Part shown: one piece after another, positions 39,471 through 52,767 of the stretch
How positions within the stretch are numbered: the first letter of the stretch is position 1
Layout of the letters: each line of letters begins with the position of its first letter
Source of the DNA: Perna viridis
Lineage: Eukaryota
Direction: 5' to 3'
Assembly (NCBI GenBank): GCA_037379345.1
Contig: CM074515.1
Coordinates: forward strand, 10,788,001-10,852,000
DNA: 64,000 bases
Notes under the pieces: model-generated
What the model was told of the DNA's origin: nothing
What the model saw: the letters and a program-made list of their open reading frames with translations, nothing else
The model's database searches: none
Translations under genes and position numbers: made by a program

Positions 39471-41399
39471 TCATTCGTCAAAATAGTCTTGTCAATTTTT
39501 AAATTTTCAAATTTTTGTGGTCATAAAAATGGCATTCCCCTGTCGTCTTTATGACATTGTATTACTTGGTTCCATGTCAAAATGTTTCGATGGATTATCT
39601 TTTTACGACTTTTTATAAATAACTTAGCTTTTCTTTTGTGTAGTTGCAAATTTAAAATGGTATTACCACATACATTCTGGTCAGAATCTTGTCAAACAAT
39701 TGATCACAATCCAAATTAAGAACTTTTGAATTTTGAATTTGGTGTGCATATTGATACCAACTGATTAAGGTTCAACCTCTGTGGATGTATCCAGCTGATC
39801 ACTGTGAAGCATTTTGTTTTATTCCTACTAACATTATCAAATTGGTTTCGAAAATATTTTATTCACTTGCTCGTTGCCAATATACATTAATATCATGTAA
39901 GGAAAAAACTGTATACAAATTGAAACTGATTTTGGCTTTTAAAACGTGTGTTACATCCGTTAGTTCCATCAGCTATAGAAAAGGGAATGAAAAATCTATT
40001 TAGCTATTATAAAATAAATGAGCTGAAAAAAGTAATAAAAACACCTGTTAATTCGTGAAAAAAAGTGCTATAGCATGGCTACATGTACTATTCCAAACTG
40101 TGCTATCTACCAAGTTTCATCAGTTTTGGTTGAGTAGTTTCAGAGAAGTTGTGATGACAAGCTGCCTCAGTTGTATATTCTGGGAAATTAAAAAAAATAC
40201 AATCTTTTCACATCCAAGCTTTTCTCAACCCGTTAAAGAATTCTTGTCTGTTGATGCTGTATTGCACTATTTTTTTTTATATTGAAATTATAAATAGATG
40301 AATGGTTATGGTATCTAAAATCACTTTCGTATTGAGTATGAAACCTTAGTTGAGATACACATTTTACCACGATCCAAATTCTCCACCTTTGAAAAAAAAT
40401 CCATATATGGACCCATTGTTCAGTATTGTACACTTGTGGCTGTATCACGCTACACAACTCGGAACATTTTATTTACATACACGTACTATTGCGACCTAGG
40501 GACCTAATGCATCATGTGGTCTTTCAGCCGACAGTCTGGCCAGGTCGATTTTCGCTGCATACTTTGCTTTCATCTCGATAGATTTTGACGACAGAAGCAC
40601 CGACAGAACCCAGAATATTGCAACAGTCAATGGATTTAATGCATCATGTATAGGTTGCTAGTGGGTCTTTCAGATCGACAGTCTGTCAAGGTTGGCTTTC
40701 ATTGCATATCTTGCGTTTTTGCGAAAGCATCACCGATAGAACCCAGAGCTAAGAAAAGACTACTTTTTTATTTTCAGGTCAGAAGGTCATGGATCAAGGT
40801 CGCTGTCGGGGCAAAAGGTTCTTGTGGGTGAAGAAAAAACGACTTAAAATAAGTTCCTTTCGATTTACCTTTTATGAAATTTACAAGGTGATGAAGGAAT
40901 TTTGAAGACAAAAGTATAAGTTACTATTGCTACATATGGACAACTGGAGCACTGATCTTAAGTACTCCTATACAATTTTTAGTTATTTTGGGGGTTAGTT
41001 TTTGTTATTGTTTCGTAATCAGTTTTTCTTCGTGTGCGTATGTGTGTGTTTTGTTATATTTATACATTATTTTTTTTTTATATATCTTAATACAAGTGAC
41101 AGATAAAGTAAAGATTCGTTTTCAATTTATCAATTTTGTTACCTTTTTGTTCGTAATTGTGACCTACAAATACTCAAGAGTTATCCCCCTTTTATCTAAA
41201 TTTACTGCAATGGATTGAAATGACCGCTGTATACAATAAGAAACCTATTGCGTACTGTGGTTATGTATAACAAAGATATTTTTTGTCATAAAGTCTCCCA
41301 TTATTGTATGGAAGCAGATTCATATTATGAATAAACTTGAATTTTTTTTTTTACATCTTTTAAATCAAGTAAAAACTATATAAAAACTGCGAGCAAAAC

Positions 41400-41790
41400 T
41401 CACTTACTGAAACCCACGCTTCCCTCCACAGAAACCATATAAGAAACCCAATAGGCCATTCAGATGGAAAAACAAAATAAGACTGAGGTGCATAATAGCA
41501 CCATTTATTAAAGTATCTGTGAAAGTTTTCATCAAAGTCCATTCAGCGGTTGCAGAGGAATTGCGGATTAGAAGACAGCCTCCTTAGTCGATCAATGGGG
41601 AAGTCCATGTTTTGCATCAGGAACCCCTGTAAGTCATTCAGATGGAAAAAACAAAAAAGAAGGTACAAAAAGACATTCTGTAATAAAGACTGTGATTTTT
41701 TTTCAAATTCCATTCAGCGGTTTCGGAGGAGTTGCTGATTAGAAAAGTGAGGACGGACTAACGGATGGACGGCAAGCAAGGGGTATAATA
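41400..41790 (-). mobile_element. HINE-like fragment with duplicated internal unit and (GGAC)n tract
   Basis: cattcagatggaaaa...tccattcagcggtt twice; ggacggactaacggatggacgg. Confidence 0.5.
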
Positions 41791-42328
41791 AAATGTCTAC
41801 AATGAAATTTTACTACACGGTCTTTTTCAAGTAAATTCTTTGAGTTCATGATAGACGGTGTCGTATCCGTCTGCTTATATTCATCTTTGGGCAGCTATTT
41901 TCAGTTCCCGCACAAGAAATAAAAAAAAATTGGTATCAAATTTATTATGGTGTTTGCTTTATCTTCCTGGTCCCTATTTCAACTCGTTTAAAACCACTAT
42001 CGTTGTGCAAACGAGGCAACGAACATGGTGGACTAATTTTTGAATCTGGAGAGAATTTGTTTTGAAAACTCAATAAGATGAAGATAATCAGTGCTCAGAA
42101 GCAATTAAATGACGTGGTGTTAATTAGATCCGCTGCAATGAACATTATATCTTAACAGCAAAAATGTTGTTTTTGGAAACGTGAATTTGATCATATAAAC
42201 ATTGGACCCGAGTGAGTACTAGCCTGTATTAACCTGTCTATAACTGATCTATTTACAATTTGACTTTGCCATTAAAAAAAGATATAAAACATCTATCCTA
42301 TAAACATTAAATATACCAATATATCAAC

Positions 42329-42970
42329 ATGGGGGGTACAGGCAAAGCACATCGAAATAAACAAGCTAGACAAAGTAAACAACAGAAAACAGATAACAGA
42401 CAAGCTGCAACCGGTAGCGTATTCGCCAACCTTTCGGCTATAGATCGAAACCGACTACTATCTAGTGAAACATCTGAACATGCTGAAGACGCTGAGGTTC
42501 TCATTGACGCAGTTTTAGGTGCCCTCACGAACAACGATATCATTGATCGTTTTGTTTCCGCCCTCGTAGAAATTCCAGACATTAAAAGTAGGTTGTTGGA
42601 ACACCTAGCCCCTACATTAAAATCAGAAATAGACAATCTAGTTCAACCGCTCCATGAAAACATAAAACAATTAAACGAAGAAATAAGTTTCTTAACGAGT
42701 TTCTTCAAGCCGAGCTCGATATTGAAATAGACCCAACCGATATAGACCGATCACATCGTCTTGGTATTAAAAAACCTAATGTTGACAGACCTATCGCAGT
42801 AAAATTTGTGAATTACCGACTAAAAGAGTTCATATATTCCAATAAGCGATATTTAAGACCGGGGTTGTATATCAATGAGTCACTATCAAAAGGCAGTTCA
42901 AATCTTTTCTACAAAGCTAGACAACTTAAAAAGGGCAAATTCATATCAGAAACTTGGATCCGAGACGGCC
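42329..42970 (+). pseudogene. Disrupted LINE ORF1-like gene (coiled coil + L1-type RRM/CTD)
   Basis: After a frameshift near 42700: DIDRSHRLGIKKPNVDRPIAVKFVNY...GLYINESLS...WIRDG; cut at the 3' end by a MITE. Confidence 0.75.
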
Positions 42971-42972
42971 TT

Positions 42973-43119
42973 CATGCCAAGACAAACCGCTCCAAAATCT
43001 TTAGACCCTGCTGAGATAATAGATACATTAATGACCACATCTGTACTATCACGTTACCAAAGATAATTAGTGCCTGTAGGGGGCAGACCAGAAATTTTTG
43101 GGGGTATTTCTTGGCATGG
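42973..43119. mobile_element. ~150-bp MITE, copy 1
   Basis: CATGCCAAGA...TCTTGGCATGG; near-identical to 43997-44148. Confidence 0.8.
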
Positions 43120-43621
43120 ATATATGTTTGAGAGACTGAATGCTTGTAATAATAAGAAGAAGACGAAACCGACAAAATAGAATATGCTTTCCCATTTCGT
43201 TTTGGGAACATAATAATGACATAAAAACTACCAACAACATTTGCAATTTGATTGCGGTGATAAATAAATAAATAGATAAATAAAACCTCGACTTGACTCG
43301 TGTACGTCGGAATAGTATGAATATCTGTAAAGTACGATGGTTCAGTATGTCAATAAATAAGGATGGTGGTCACTTGAGACAATTTTGCTTTGTAAACCTA
43401 GGGTCTAGGAGGTCTGCCCAGTGCTTGTTCTATTACCTATGTGTAGGTTTTCTCTAAGAAATAAAGTCAAGTCTTTACGATCTTTTTCCTATTTTTTACG
43501 ATTTTTAGGCTATTTTTATGAATAATTTTCATTGTCCGACGGCGGCCATGTTAAACCGTGGCTTTTGGGTAAATTTAAATAAGGTCGTCGGAAAGGCCTT
43601 GTAATTGGCTATTTTTATATA

Positions 43622-43796
43622 CAATGAAACCTGTCTAAACCGAACCCTGAATAATCCGAAAACCTGTCTTAACAAGATACTTCTTGATGATCCTTTGTGT
43701 CAAATTTAGTGTATTTTAACCTGAATGCATTGAACTCCTTTCTAAACCGAACAACCTTAAAGTCCGAAAGAGATCCAGTTTAGACAGGTTTCATTG
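43622..43796. mobile_element. Tc1/mariner-type MITE, 175 bp
   Basis: Perfect 19-bp TIR CAATGAAACCTGTCTAAAC, TA on both sides. Confidence 0.92.
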
Positions 43797-43996
43797 TAAA
43801 TGTATATTTGCATATTCACAACTGTAATATAGCCAGAGAACATTTCTTACTTATTTCAATATTTCATTTAATCTAAGCGGTTGTAAGTATATAACAATCT
43901 TAGACCGTCGTTTAAAATTACCCCCCCCCCCCCGAAAAAAAAAGTAAATACAAAATGAAGAAAACCTTTCCTATGTGCGAATTTCTAACGTCTATA

Positions 43997-44148
43997 CCAT
44001 GCCAAGACAAACCGCTCCAAAATCCAACTTTAGACCCTGCTGAGATAATAGATACATTACTGACCACATCTGTACTATCACGTTACCAAAGATAATTAGT
44101 GCCTGTAGGGGGCAGACCAGAAATTTTTGGGGGTATTTCTTGGCATGG
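43997..44148. mobile_element. 152-bp MITE, copy 2
   Basis: TA|CCATGCCAAGACAAACC ... GGTATTTCTTGGCATGG|TA (15/17 TIR match). Confidence 0.85.
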
Positions 44149-44504
44149 TATTTATCAAACAGAACAATGGTACTGTGACTGCATGTACAAGGGAAAGTGA
44201 ACTATCTGTTACCTTTGTGCCGAAGCAGTCAGGTAAAAGTGAAAACACAAAACCGAGCAATGGAAAACAGCATAACAGCCGCCAAACACAAGACGCGAAA
44301 CCAACAAAAACAAGATAACAAAGCCAATGAGAAGAAAACAGATAATGCGAATACCATGCAAGTCCAGGCCGAAGTCAATGCACCACCTAATGATGTGATC
44401 GAACTGTTATCTTCTCAGAGAAACGGTTAATCATTTCTATTGAAATAAACTACCGTTGTATTGTATTGTTTATATAGCCACATGTTCACGTGTTGTTTAT
44501 TTTT

Positions 44505-46380
44505 GTATAATTCTGGATGGGGAGATATTGATGCAGGGGTCCCCCAAGGTCCTGTTTTAGGACCTTTCCTCTTTTTTATCTATATAAACGATATTATAGA
44601 TGGTGTAGACTGTCATATAAAACTTTTTTGCAGACGATACATCACTATTTGTTATTGTTGATGATAAAAATTACATAGATGTTGCAGACAGGTTATCGAC
44701 AGATTTATCACATACTCGAAATTGGGCTATTAAATTTAATCGTCCAAGACTGAGTCTTTGATGTTCTCTCGAAGAAATGTAGAGAACCATCCTGTATATT
44801 TTGGGGGTCCGGAAAACCAGGTAAATGATGTCAATGTACATACACACCTGGGTCTTGACTTCCAGAATAATGCAAAATGGAATAGCATGTAAATATGTAA
44901 ATATATGTAGATCTACAAAAAGGTATATAACAGACTAAAATTGCTTAGAATGTTGAAGTACCAGGTCTCCAGGAAATATAGGGATATTGTTTGGGATAAC
45001 TGTACACTATATGAATCGAATTTACTCGAGAATATAGGCCGGTAGAATTATTACTGGTTTGCGGATCAATTCCTCAAAAACAAAGATGTATGATGAATTA
45101 GGGTGGGAACCATTATATAAGCGCCGTGAGAAGCATAGGCTAATCTTGATGTACAAGATAGTTAACGACCTTGCCCCAGAGTATTTATCAAACATTGTAC
45201 AACCTTATATCTTAAATATACATGATTATAATCTCAGGCAACAAGTCAACAGTAACAACATATGTTTGCCTGTTTGTAATACTATGGCATATTCTAAGAG
45301 CTTTATACCCTCGACTATTCGACTCTGGAATCAACTTCCTACATCAACAAAAAATAGTCCATCTGTTGATGTTTTCAGAAAGAGGCTGAATTCAGCCAAC
45401 CCTGGAGCTCCTGAATACTTCAAAACAGACAACAGGAAATAGAATATATATTGCATTGTCAGTTGAGGTGTGAGGCTAGCAATCTGAAGCATCATTTGCA
45501 GATTCATCACCTGACTGACAATCCACACTCTCCACACTATGGAGACAAGATCGAAGATCATATTCACTATTTTATGTTTTGTCCACATTATCAAATTTAG
45601 AGGCGGTCACTGCAGAGCGTTTGTGCTAAGCTACAGATCGATTTTAACTTACATAACATACTTCATGGTAATGAACACCTGACATTTAACTATAATGTCA
45701 AGGTGATGTTAGCTACTCAAAATTTTATTAAGAATACTAAAAGATTTCAGTAGTACACAATTGTAATGTATAATGCTTATAGTGCTGTGCAGGTGGTATT
45801 TTGTTGACGGACTAATGTATATATTGTATTTTCTATTATGTTTAATTAAAATTATTTTTTGTTTCATAATAACAAGAAGAAATTTTGATATACTTTTTCC
45901 AAATTATTTCCTTCCTTCTTTTTACATGTATTTAGATGACAAAGTATAAAATTTAAAGTTTCAAAGATAAATAAATTTGGCATACATATTTTCACTAAAT
46001 TCTAATTCTTTTAATTTATGCGATAAACAATTTTAAATTATAACTTAAAGTACTTTAATTAATTATTTATTTTAGAAGAATACTAATAGTACTTACCATA
46101 ACAGATGATAAAATTATTAGCCAACTTCCAAGAGAAACAGAGTTATCTTTCTTTCTATGTATTCTTTTCTAAATGTCCAATATGTTATATATTATGCCAT
46201 CATGTAAATGCCTTGTATGGAGAGGATATATATAGGCCTAGCCTGCTATTCAATCCAATGGAGAGGATATATATAGGCCTAGCCTGCTATCCAATCCAAT
46301 GGAGAGGATATATATATAGGCCTAGCCTGCTATCCAATCCTATTCATTATTTATGAATAAAATATGATTAAAACGAAAAC
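44505..46380 (+). mobile_element. 5'-truncated, decayed CR1/L2-clade LINE (RT, C-terminus, probable 3' UTR)
   Basis: GVPQGPVLGPFLFFIYINDI, frameshifted LF-ADDT, ELGWEPLYKRR, SFIPSTIRLWNQLP; ORF ends ...KNTKRFQ* near 45753; tail-like aataaaatatgattaaaacgaaaac. Confidence 0.85.
46217..46340. repeat. Tandem repeat ~41-43 bp x3
   Basis: atggagaggatatatataggcctagcctgctat(t/c)caatcc. Confidence 0.9.
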
Positions 46381-46977
46381 TACTACCCCAAAATCAATTC
46401 CAAAGTAATCTTCCTTTTGTTGTTAGGAACCTCGTGCTAAATTGCGACGGCATTGCCATAGCAAAGAACAATGTTTCGCCCTATATATTCTAGAAAGTTA
46501 GTATATACATATCTCATATATTCAATGATATAGATCAACACATCGTAAACAGCAAATCTTTAATCAGGTTAAAAAAAAATGAATAAAAATGATGCGTCTA
46601 TCAAATAGGGCAAAATGTTGTCTTGTGCATTTCTGAAAAAAAAAATAGTTTATTGAAATAAAAGACCCTTTGAAAATAGTAATAATTCTAGCAGATATTC
46701 GCGATTTGTCTGCAAAAGTAGCAGATATTTTTAAAAATAGTGGAAAAAGTCAACAATTTTTTTTCGCAATCAAGCTACAACATTTGACATATATAATCAA
46801 TCTGTTGACGACCATTACATTTACAGTGTGACGAGGAGTCATTCCCCTATTTAAAAGAAGTTGACCTCTCTAACCAGGTATCAGATTAGCACGTGTTAGG
46901 ATGTCATTGATACAAGTGTGTTTGTTTTCTTCCTTTTACCCAACATAAACCAAGAAGTTGTAATTATATCTTTTTGC

Positions 46978-49900
46978 TTTATTAGCTCATCTGGCACAAA
47001 ATGCCATGTGCAATATTGTCATCATTTGGTGTCCGTCATCGTCATCTTTAATTTTTTTCAAATATCTTCTCATCTTAAACTACTGAAATCAATGAAACTT
47101 GGCATTATTGTTCCTTAGAATGTCCTGTCCAGCACAAAAAATAGCTTTTGGATTTTTGATCCGTAGCAAAACAACCGCTATGACTAATATATAAAATAGG
47201 TGTCAGACAGAAGTTTTTCGCATGTATCTCCATAACCGTTAGGTTTAGCCAAATTCTGACATGGGTTAAAGGTTACATTAGCGCAATTATATCTTCTCGG
47301 TATTCAGCCAGATCTTTACCCAACATGAAGCCCAGGAAAAAATACAGAAACTTTTACGATTGGTAGATAATAAAAAGATATATTCATAAAAAAAAAAAAC
47401 TTGTACTAAAAATATCGAGTTTGAAAGCTAGCAGCCCATATATGTGTATTTTATGGGACACTTAAGGCTTAGGGTGGCTACTGAAAAATTGATGTTTGAA
47501 AAAGTATCCCCCTTTTCAGCCACAAAATATGGACAGAAACGTACACCGCATGACATAGTTTTTATTTCAAAATTTAAAAGCTATATGGGTGTATTTTAGC
47601 AACATTGCGTTAGATTAGAGAAATTTCAAAGAATTTGGGGATTTATGATCCTTTAGTTAGAAAATCTTGGCCGCCGTTACTAAAAGTAGCACATTTAGAT
47701 CAGACAGAAGTTTTTTACATATATTTCCAAATCCGTTAGCTTTAGCCAAATTCTCCTCTGAAACTATAGCATGGATTTGGATGAAACTTAAGGTGATTGT
47801 TTCTTAGAGTATCCTGCACAAAATGACCGTTTGGATTTTTGATCGGAGAGAAACATGGCCGCCGGTACTAAAATAGAACATAGGGGTCAGACAGCAGTTC
47901 TTGCATATATCTCCAGAACCGTTAGGTTGAACCAAATTTTGACATAGATAAAAGTGATCACCATGCGGAGATCAATCTGTGATATAATTTTGGTGAAGAT
48001 CTGTTGAGACATGTCGGAGTTATCGCCCTTTTTGGACTTTTTTTTTGGTTGCTATTTTTGATGTTTACTTTCAAAAATCTTCTCCTCAGAAACTTCTTTA
48101 CAGAATTCAATGAAAGTTGGTATTACTGTTTTTTAGGATATTCTGCACAAAATGACCGTTTAGATTTTTGATCGATGAAAAACATGGCCGTTGTTACTAA
48201 AATTAGAAAAAAGAGGTCGAAATACAGTTTTTTTGCAAATAACTCAAAAACCGTTGAATTTAGCCAAATTCTGATGGCGTGTAATTTGTTCATCAGTAGA
48301 CGGACTTTAGCTAGAATTTTCAAAATGATTTGTTGCCTGTTGTATGATTTATGGCCCCTGAAACAGATTTTTTGTCGTTTTAATGTGTTCAACTCTGAAA
48401 CCCATTGCAACAAAATTTAATAAAAGTTGGCATATTTTTGTGATAATATTTTCACCACAAACTGATCATTTAAAATTTGGCATCAGTCAATAAGCATGGC
48501 AGTCGTTACTAAAAGAACATAGGGGTCAAAATGCCTTTTTGCCTTTTCCCCTTCAACTATAGAAGAATAAAGAAAATGAAAGCTACCCATAAGTTGAATT
48601 CTGGGCAGTATTGAATTTATTAAATAGGTGCCCATTTTTCAAAATGGCTACCATTTGTACGACCATTTTCACAAGTTGCTCAGATTCCATCTGTAGGAAT
48701 TTAGGTGTTTTAAGTTGAATATTGTTCTTGGCGGCCATTTTTTGCAGCAAATATATACTGGACTAATACCCCCTCAGACCTGGAGGAATAACAGGGCATA
48801 GGGGGACTCCTGCCTAAATTTTTTCCAGAGGTTCTAAAACACTTTCAAGGTATTTCCAACATTCTACAGTTCCTCAGGTACTCTTTTGAACTTAATCATT
48901 CTTCAATATATGCTCTTTTTCGACAAGTGTTTGTCAAACATGGTAACAAAGCATGATACCTTTACTTACTTAGTTAATAGTATAGTATTAATGTATGGCC
49001 TTTTCCATATTGGCCCTGTAACATGCCCGAGATATTAATAATGGCCAAGGATGACTGTAATGGTCGGAGGCAACACCGAGGGCGATTACAGACATCCGAG
49101 ACCATTATTAATACCAAGAGCATGTTACAGGGCCAATATGGAAAAGACCGTGCATTGATACTTTTATTAACCAACTTTATTTCAGGACATAGTCAGAATC
49201 TATTACCAATACATATGATTTCATATTGATTAAAAATAAGTTCATATCTCGATGAATCAAAATAAATCATGAAGGTTTTGTTGTCTATTCCAATAATCCC
49301 CCTAAAAAATCGTAAATTTATAGATAAGTACAAGATTAAACATACCTAATAATTTATATGGAGAAATTGCGATCACAAAAACGAATATTCATGAGCTAAT
49401 CAATCACGTGACCAGTCAACCGATACCCGACAAAAACCATGAATTTTCAGATATCCATAATTTACGGAATATTTGGGTTGTTTCCGTCATTGTTCTTAGG
49501 TTAATTGATACTGTCCTAGTATGTGATCACAAAAAAAATAAAATAAAATTAACAAAATAAACAAAAAATAATTTGGCAATTTTTTACGTAAAAACCGTGT
49601 TTTTAAGTGCATTTTGATCTGGAATCAAGCTATTTCCAAATGTCGTTTGACAGAGGAGCGCACAAGGTAGGTGAGTAAAAAGAGAAAAGAAATTTACTTT
49701 GAAGATTAATTTCAACCCCTGGATTCGTTCAAAACAATGAGATTTGACTGCATATTTCGTCTTTTAAAATCACTGAAAACATGAAAGTCGCTTTTTTTCT
49801 TAAACATTTTTGTATAGAAAAATATGTGCTCCCGCTTCGAGATTTCATTTTTGTTGCCTTTTCCTATACAACCCTCCAAATCGTAAATTTAAAGCTCAAG

Positions 49901-50248
49901 ATTAAACATACTACTTAGGCCCGGTACCATCTTTCAGCAACTTTAAATATCCTAATCTAATTAATTGAATTATTAGGTCACTCTTAATTAAAGTTGTCAC
50001 TTATTTTAAGAAATGTACGCCATTTTGATTTAGTTCATAATGGCCCCGTATTGAGGCCCTGTTTTGAAATTCGTAATGCATGGCTGTGATTTCGTAATGA
50101 CTAGCAGTAGGAATTTACGGTTCGTAATGACCAGTTGTCGAAATTTTCGGTTCATAAAGGATGGACATTTCTATACATATTGTACTAAGTTGGTTAATAA
50201 TGTATGGTTTGTCAGGTAAGCGATTCAGGCTCGTGGAGAGCCTCTTGT
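46978..50248 (+). mobile_element. Non-autonomous Helentron-associated element (HINE) with internal degenerate repeats and nested insertions
   Basis: 5' ttagctcatctg...tccgtcatcgtc; 3' caggtaagc (subTIR) followed by aggctc-gtgga-gagcct hairpin and cttgt; repeated aacatggc.g.cgttactaaaa units. Confidence 0.75.
48972..50200. mobile_element. Nested non-autonomous element with long terminal hairpin (possibly Crypton-like)
   Basis: ~95-bp-arm hairpin at 48974-49170; 14-bp inverted pair ttattaaccaactt (49164) / aagttggttaataa (50187); gttaata at both ends. Confidence 0.55.
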
Positions 50249-50712
50249 GTTTTATCGTTTTGTTTATTGCAACACATTCTAATATTTAAACACTACTCAT
50301 TTGTGTTGTGTGGTATGACAATATAAATATGTGAATAGACTACACTAATCTGTACATTTAAGGCGATATCATAAATCTAATCACGCCATTATATTGTGTT
50401 GAATTAGATAAAAAAATGCAAACTGATCATTAAATGAACAAACACGAAACAATTTCAAAATAACCTTTTATTTAAAAAACTGTTTATCATTAAAATGAAC
50501 ATTCAACAATCTAGGACTAATCCAGCCAGCCTTGTGTAGCGATAATCATGGAATACCATCCCTAAAGGAACAACCAACATACAACATTGAAATATATATA
50601 AGTAGTAAAAAGTTTGGTTAGAAATGAAATCAGAGGAATAAATCTCTTTATGATATATTATTAACAAAAAGGTCATGTAGGGTTAAACAACAGATACACC
50701 GATACTAAACGT

Positions 50713-52767
50713 CTATGGAATAGGTGTCTTCTCAGGAAGAGGTCCAGCCTCCTCATACATCGGTGGCACGATCAGTTGTTCATACCCTTTTGGGGCAATG
50801 ATCGGGATCTTATTCTTCTCGGTGTGTAAATAGTATTCCGACCTCTGACTGGTCCTGTCTCTGGAAATCATTAACATATGGAACAAAGCAACCAGTCCCA
50901 TCAAACTAGCCCCAACGGCAGCCACCCAGAGACACCATGGGCATAAGAAGTCGATATCCATGTAGCCATTTCCCATGTAAGCTATACCGCCCTTTAGCTG
51001 GACCATGTATGAAGCCACCCTGATGATAGCCATGAAGTAGAAGAAAGCTGAAAAAGAAAAGTTGATAATCAGAATAGCCCAAACATTTATAAATTCACCT
51101 TTAAGTGAGCCTTTGCATAAAAAGTTATCTGGGTATATATAGTGTCATAGTTCTGCATCTGGGAAAGTAAGGATCTGGACATAATTTAATTTTACCTTCA
51201 ATAAATATATATTTCTACATAGAGAGTGCAAAATGTTTCATTAACGCATAAAATGTATCCATTATAATACTACTAAGTTACTAAATATCATATTGTAAAC
51301 CCTTTACTCCTATCCTGAACTATCCAAGTCCAAATGAGTGACTTACCCGAGAGACTTTGTGTTGAGCAGGCCAATCTTCCTGAGTGTTTTCCCAAACCGC
51401 CATATCGAGTGTATAGTATGGCTCCAACCAAACCAATTACTCCCAGACCCAGACCGACAGATGCATACCATGCTAGCTCATGACGGGCGTGTCGGGCAAC
51501 CTCTGTAAAACATTCATTACGCATTATATATTAAGTAATGAGTATGGATAATGTGAGACTTTTTGAAACAGTAAAATTCTAGTAACCAAGTAACCACTGA
51601 ATGATCATTACATACTAAATTTACTTTTTCTACATTTATTTCTCTGTCGACAGTCTCGAGTCTCCGGGAACATATAAAACTTTTATCGTGTTTTTCATAT
51701 AAAATTTAAAAGACGGGTTTTTTCAAGTACCTGGTAAAGTCTTCCGTATGAAGTAAACTAACAAGTTAACAAAGAATGTAATGAAACCGTGCGTAACAAA
51801 CCATTGAAAAGTAAACATAATAATCTTCATTATGTTAAACTCCATATTTGGCAATCGCTCAAAACAAAAAATTGAATAAGTTGTCTATACTTGGATCACA
51901 TTTCAAATGATACTATGAACATGAGACAACTACATGTAGATAAATGTATTTTGCTATCAGGTTTCAAACAAATACTCTGTTTAATTCTACTCTTCCTGTG
52001 GCTTATTGATTTATAGGAATGTATATATTTGGAGTAATTAATATAGGTTTTCTGTAACCAATCAATAATTTTTGCTTGATGTATTAAATATGTCTTTAAT
52101 AATACTTTGTTGGACTCAATAGATATAAGCAACTGCTCAATATTAAAGCATTAGTATTTGACTATTTATTCTGAAGATTCAAATATAAATAAATCCATAC
52201 TTTGAATTAAATAAATACAATAATTAATTAATACATGTCCTTACCCACTGAACTGTGAATGAAGTCCGCGGCTTGTCGAAATTCTTTTGGGATGTCGTCC
52301 ATTTTGTCGTCAGATTTACTGTCCTCATTCTCTCCAACCCAGTCTATCCTTTGCCTTTCTTGTTTTCTGTAACATTTATGGTAGCATTTATGGTGATGTC
52401 TTCTGTGGTGTCTTTTGTGATGTCTTTTGTGGTGTCTGTCGTCATTCTCTACCTCAGGTCTGTCAACTTCTTCGCTACTGTCTTCTTTGCTTCCACTATC
52501 ATCGTCGTCGTCGTCGTCACCAACATGTTTACAGACTCGGTAGTACCACAAACCGAAAGATATATATACTTGCTCCTTATGGGGTTTCATGAGCTGTGTA
52601 TCATCAACCCGCATTCCGTCATCCTGTGGCATTATGTCATCCATTGGATTGACATAAATGTCAGTTTTTACCACGGTCCATCCTGGACTTGCAATTGCTA
52701 CAATCTTCAAAATCAGGGCAATCACAGAAATGAACACACACGCCTTCAGTTTCGTTCCAATCTCCAT
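50713..52767 (-). CDS. Claudin/PMP22/EMP-superfamily tetraspan protein A, 337 aa; complement(join(50713-51047,51347-51502,52245-52767))
   Basis: N-terminal TM then SPGW...SFGLWYYRVC signature, 4 hydrophobic segments, two phase-1 GT-AG introns, open frame of 1014 nt. Confidence 0.85.

Noticed and set aside
48974-49229. Pair of overlapping similar ORFs on opposite strands
   Set aside because: Artefact of the long inverted repeat.
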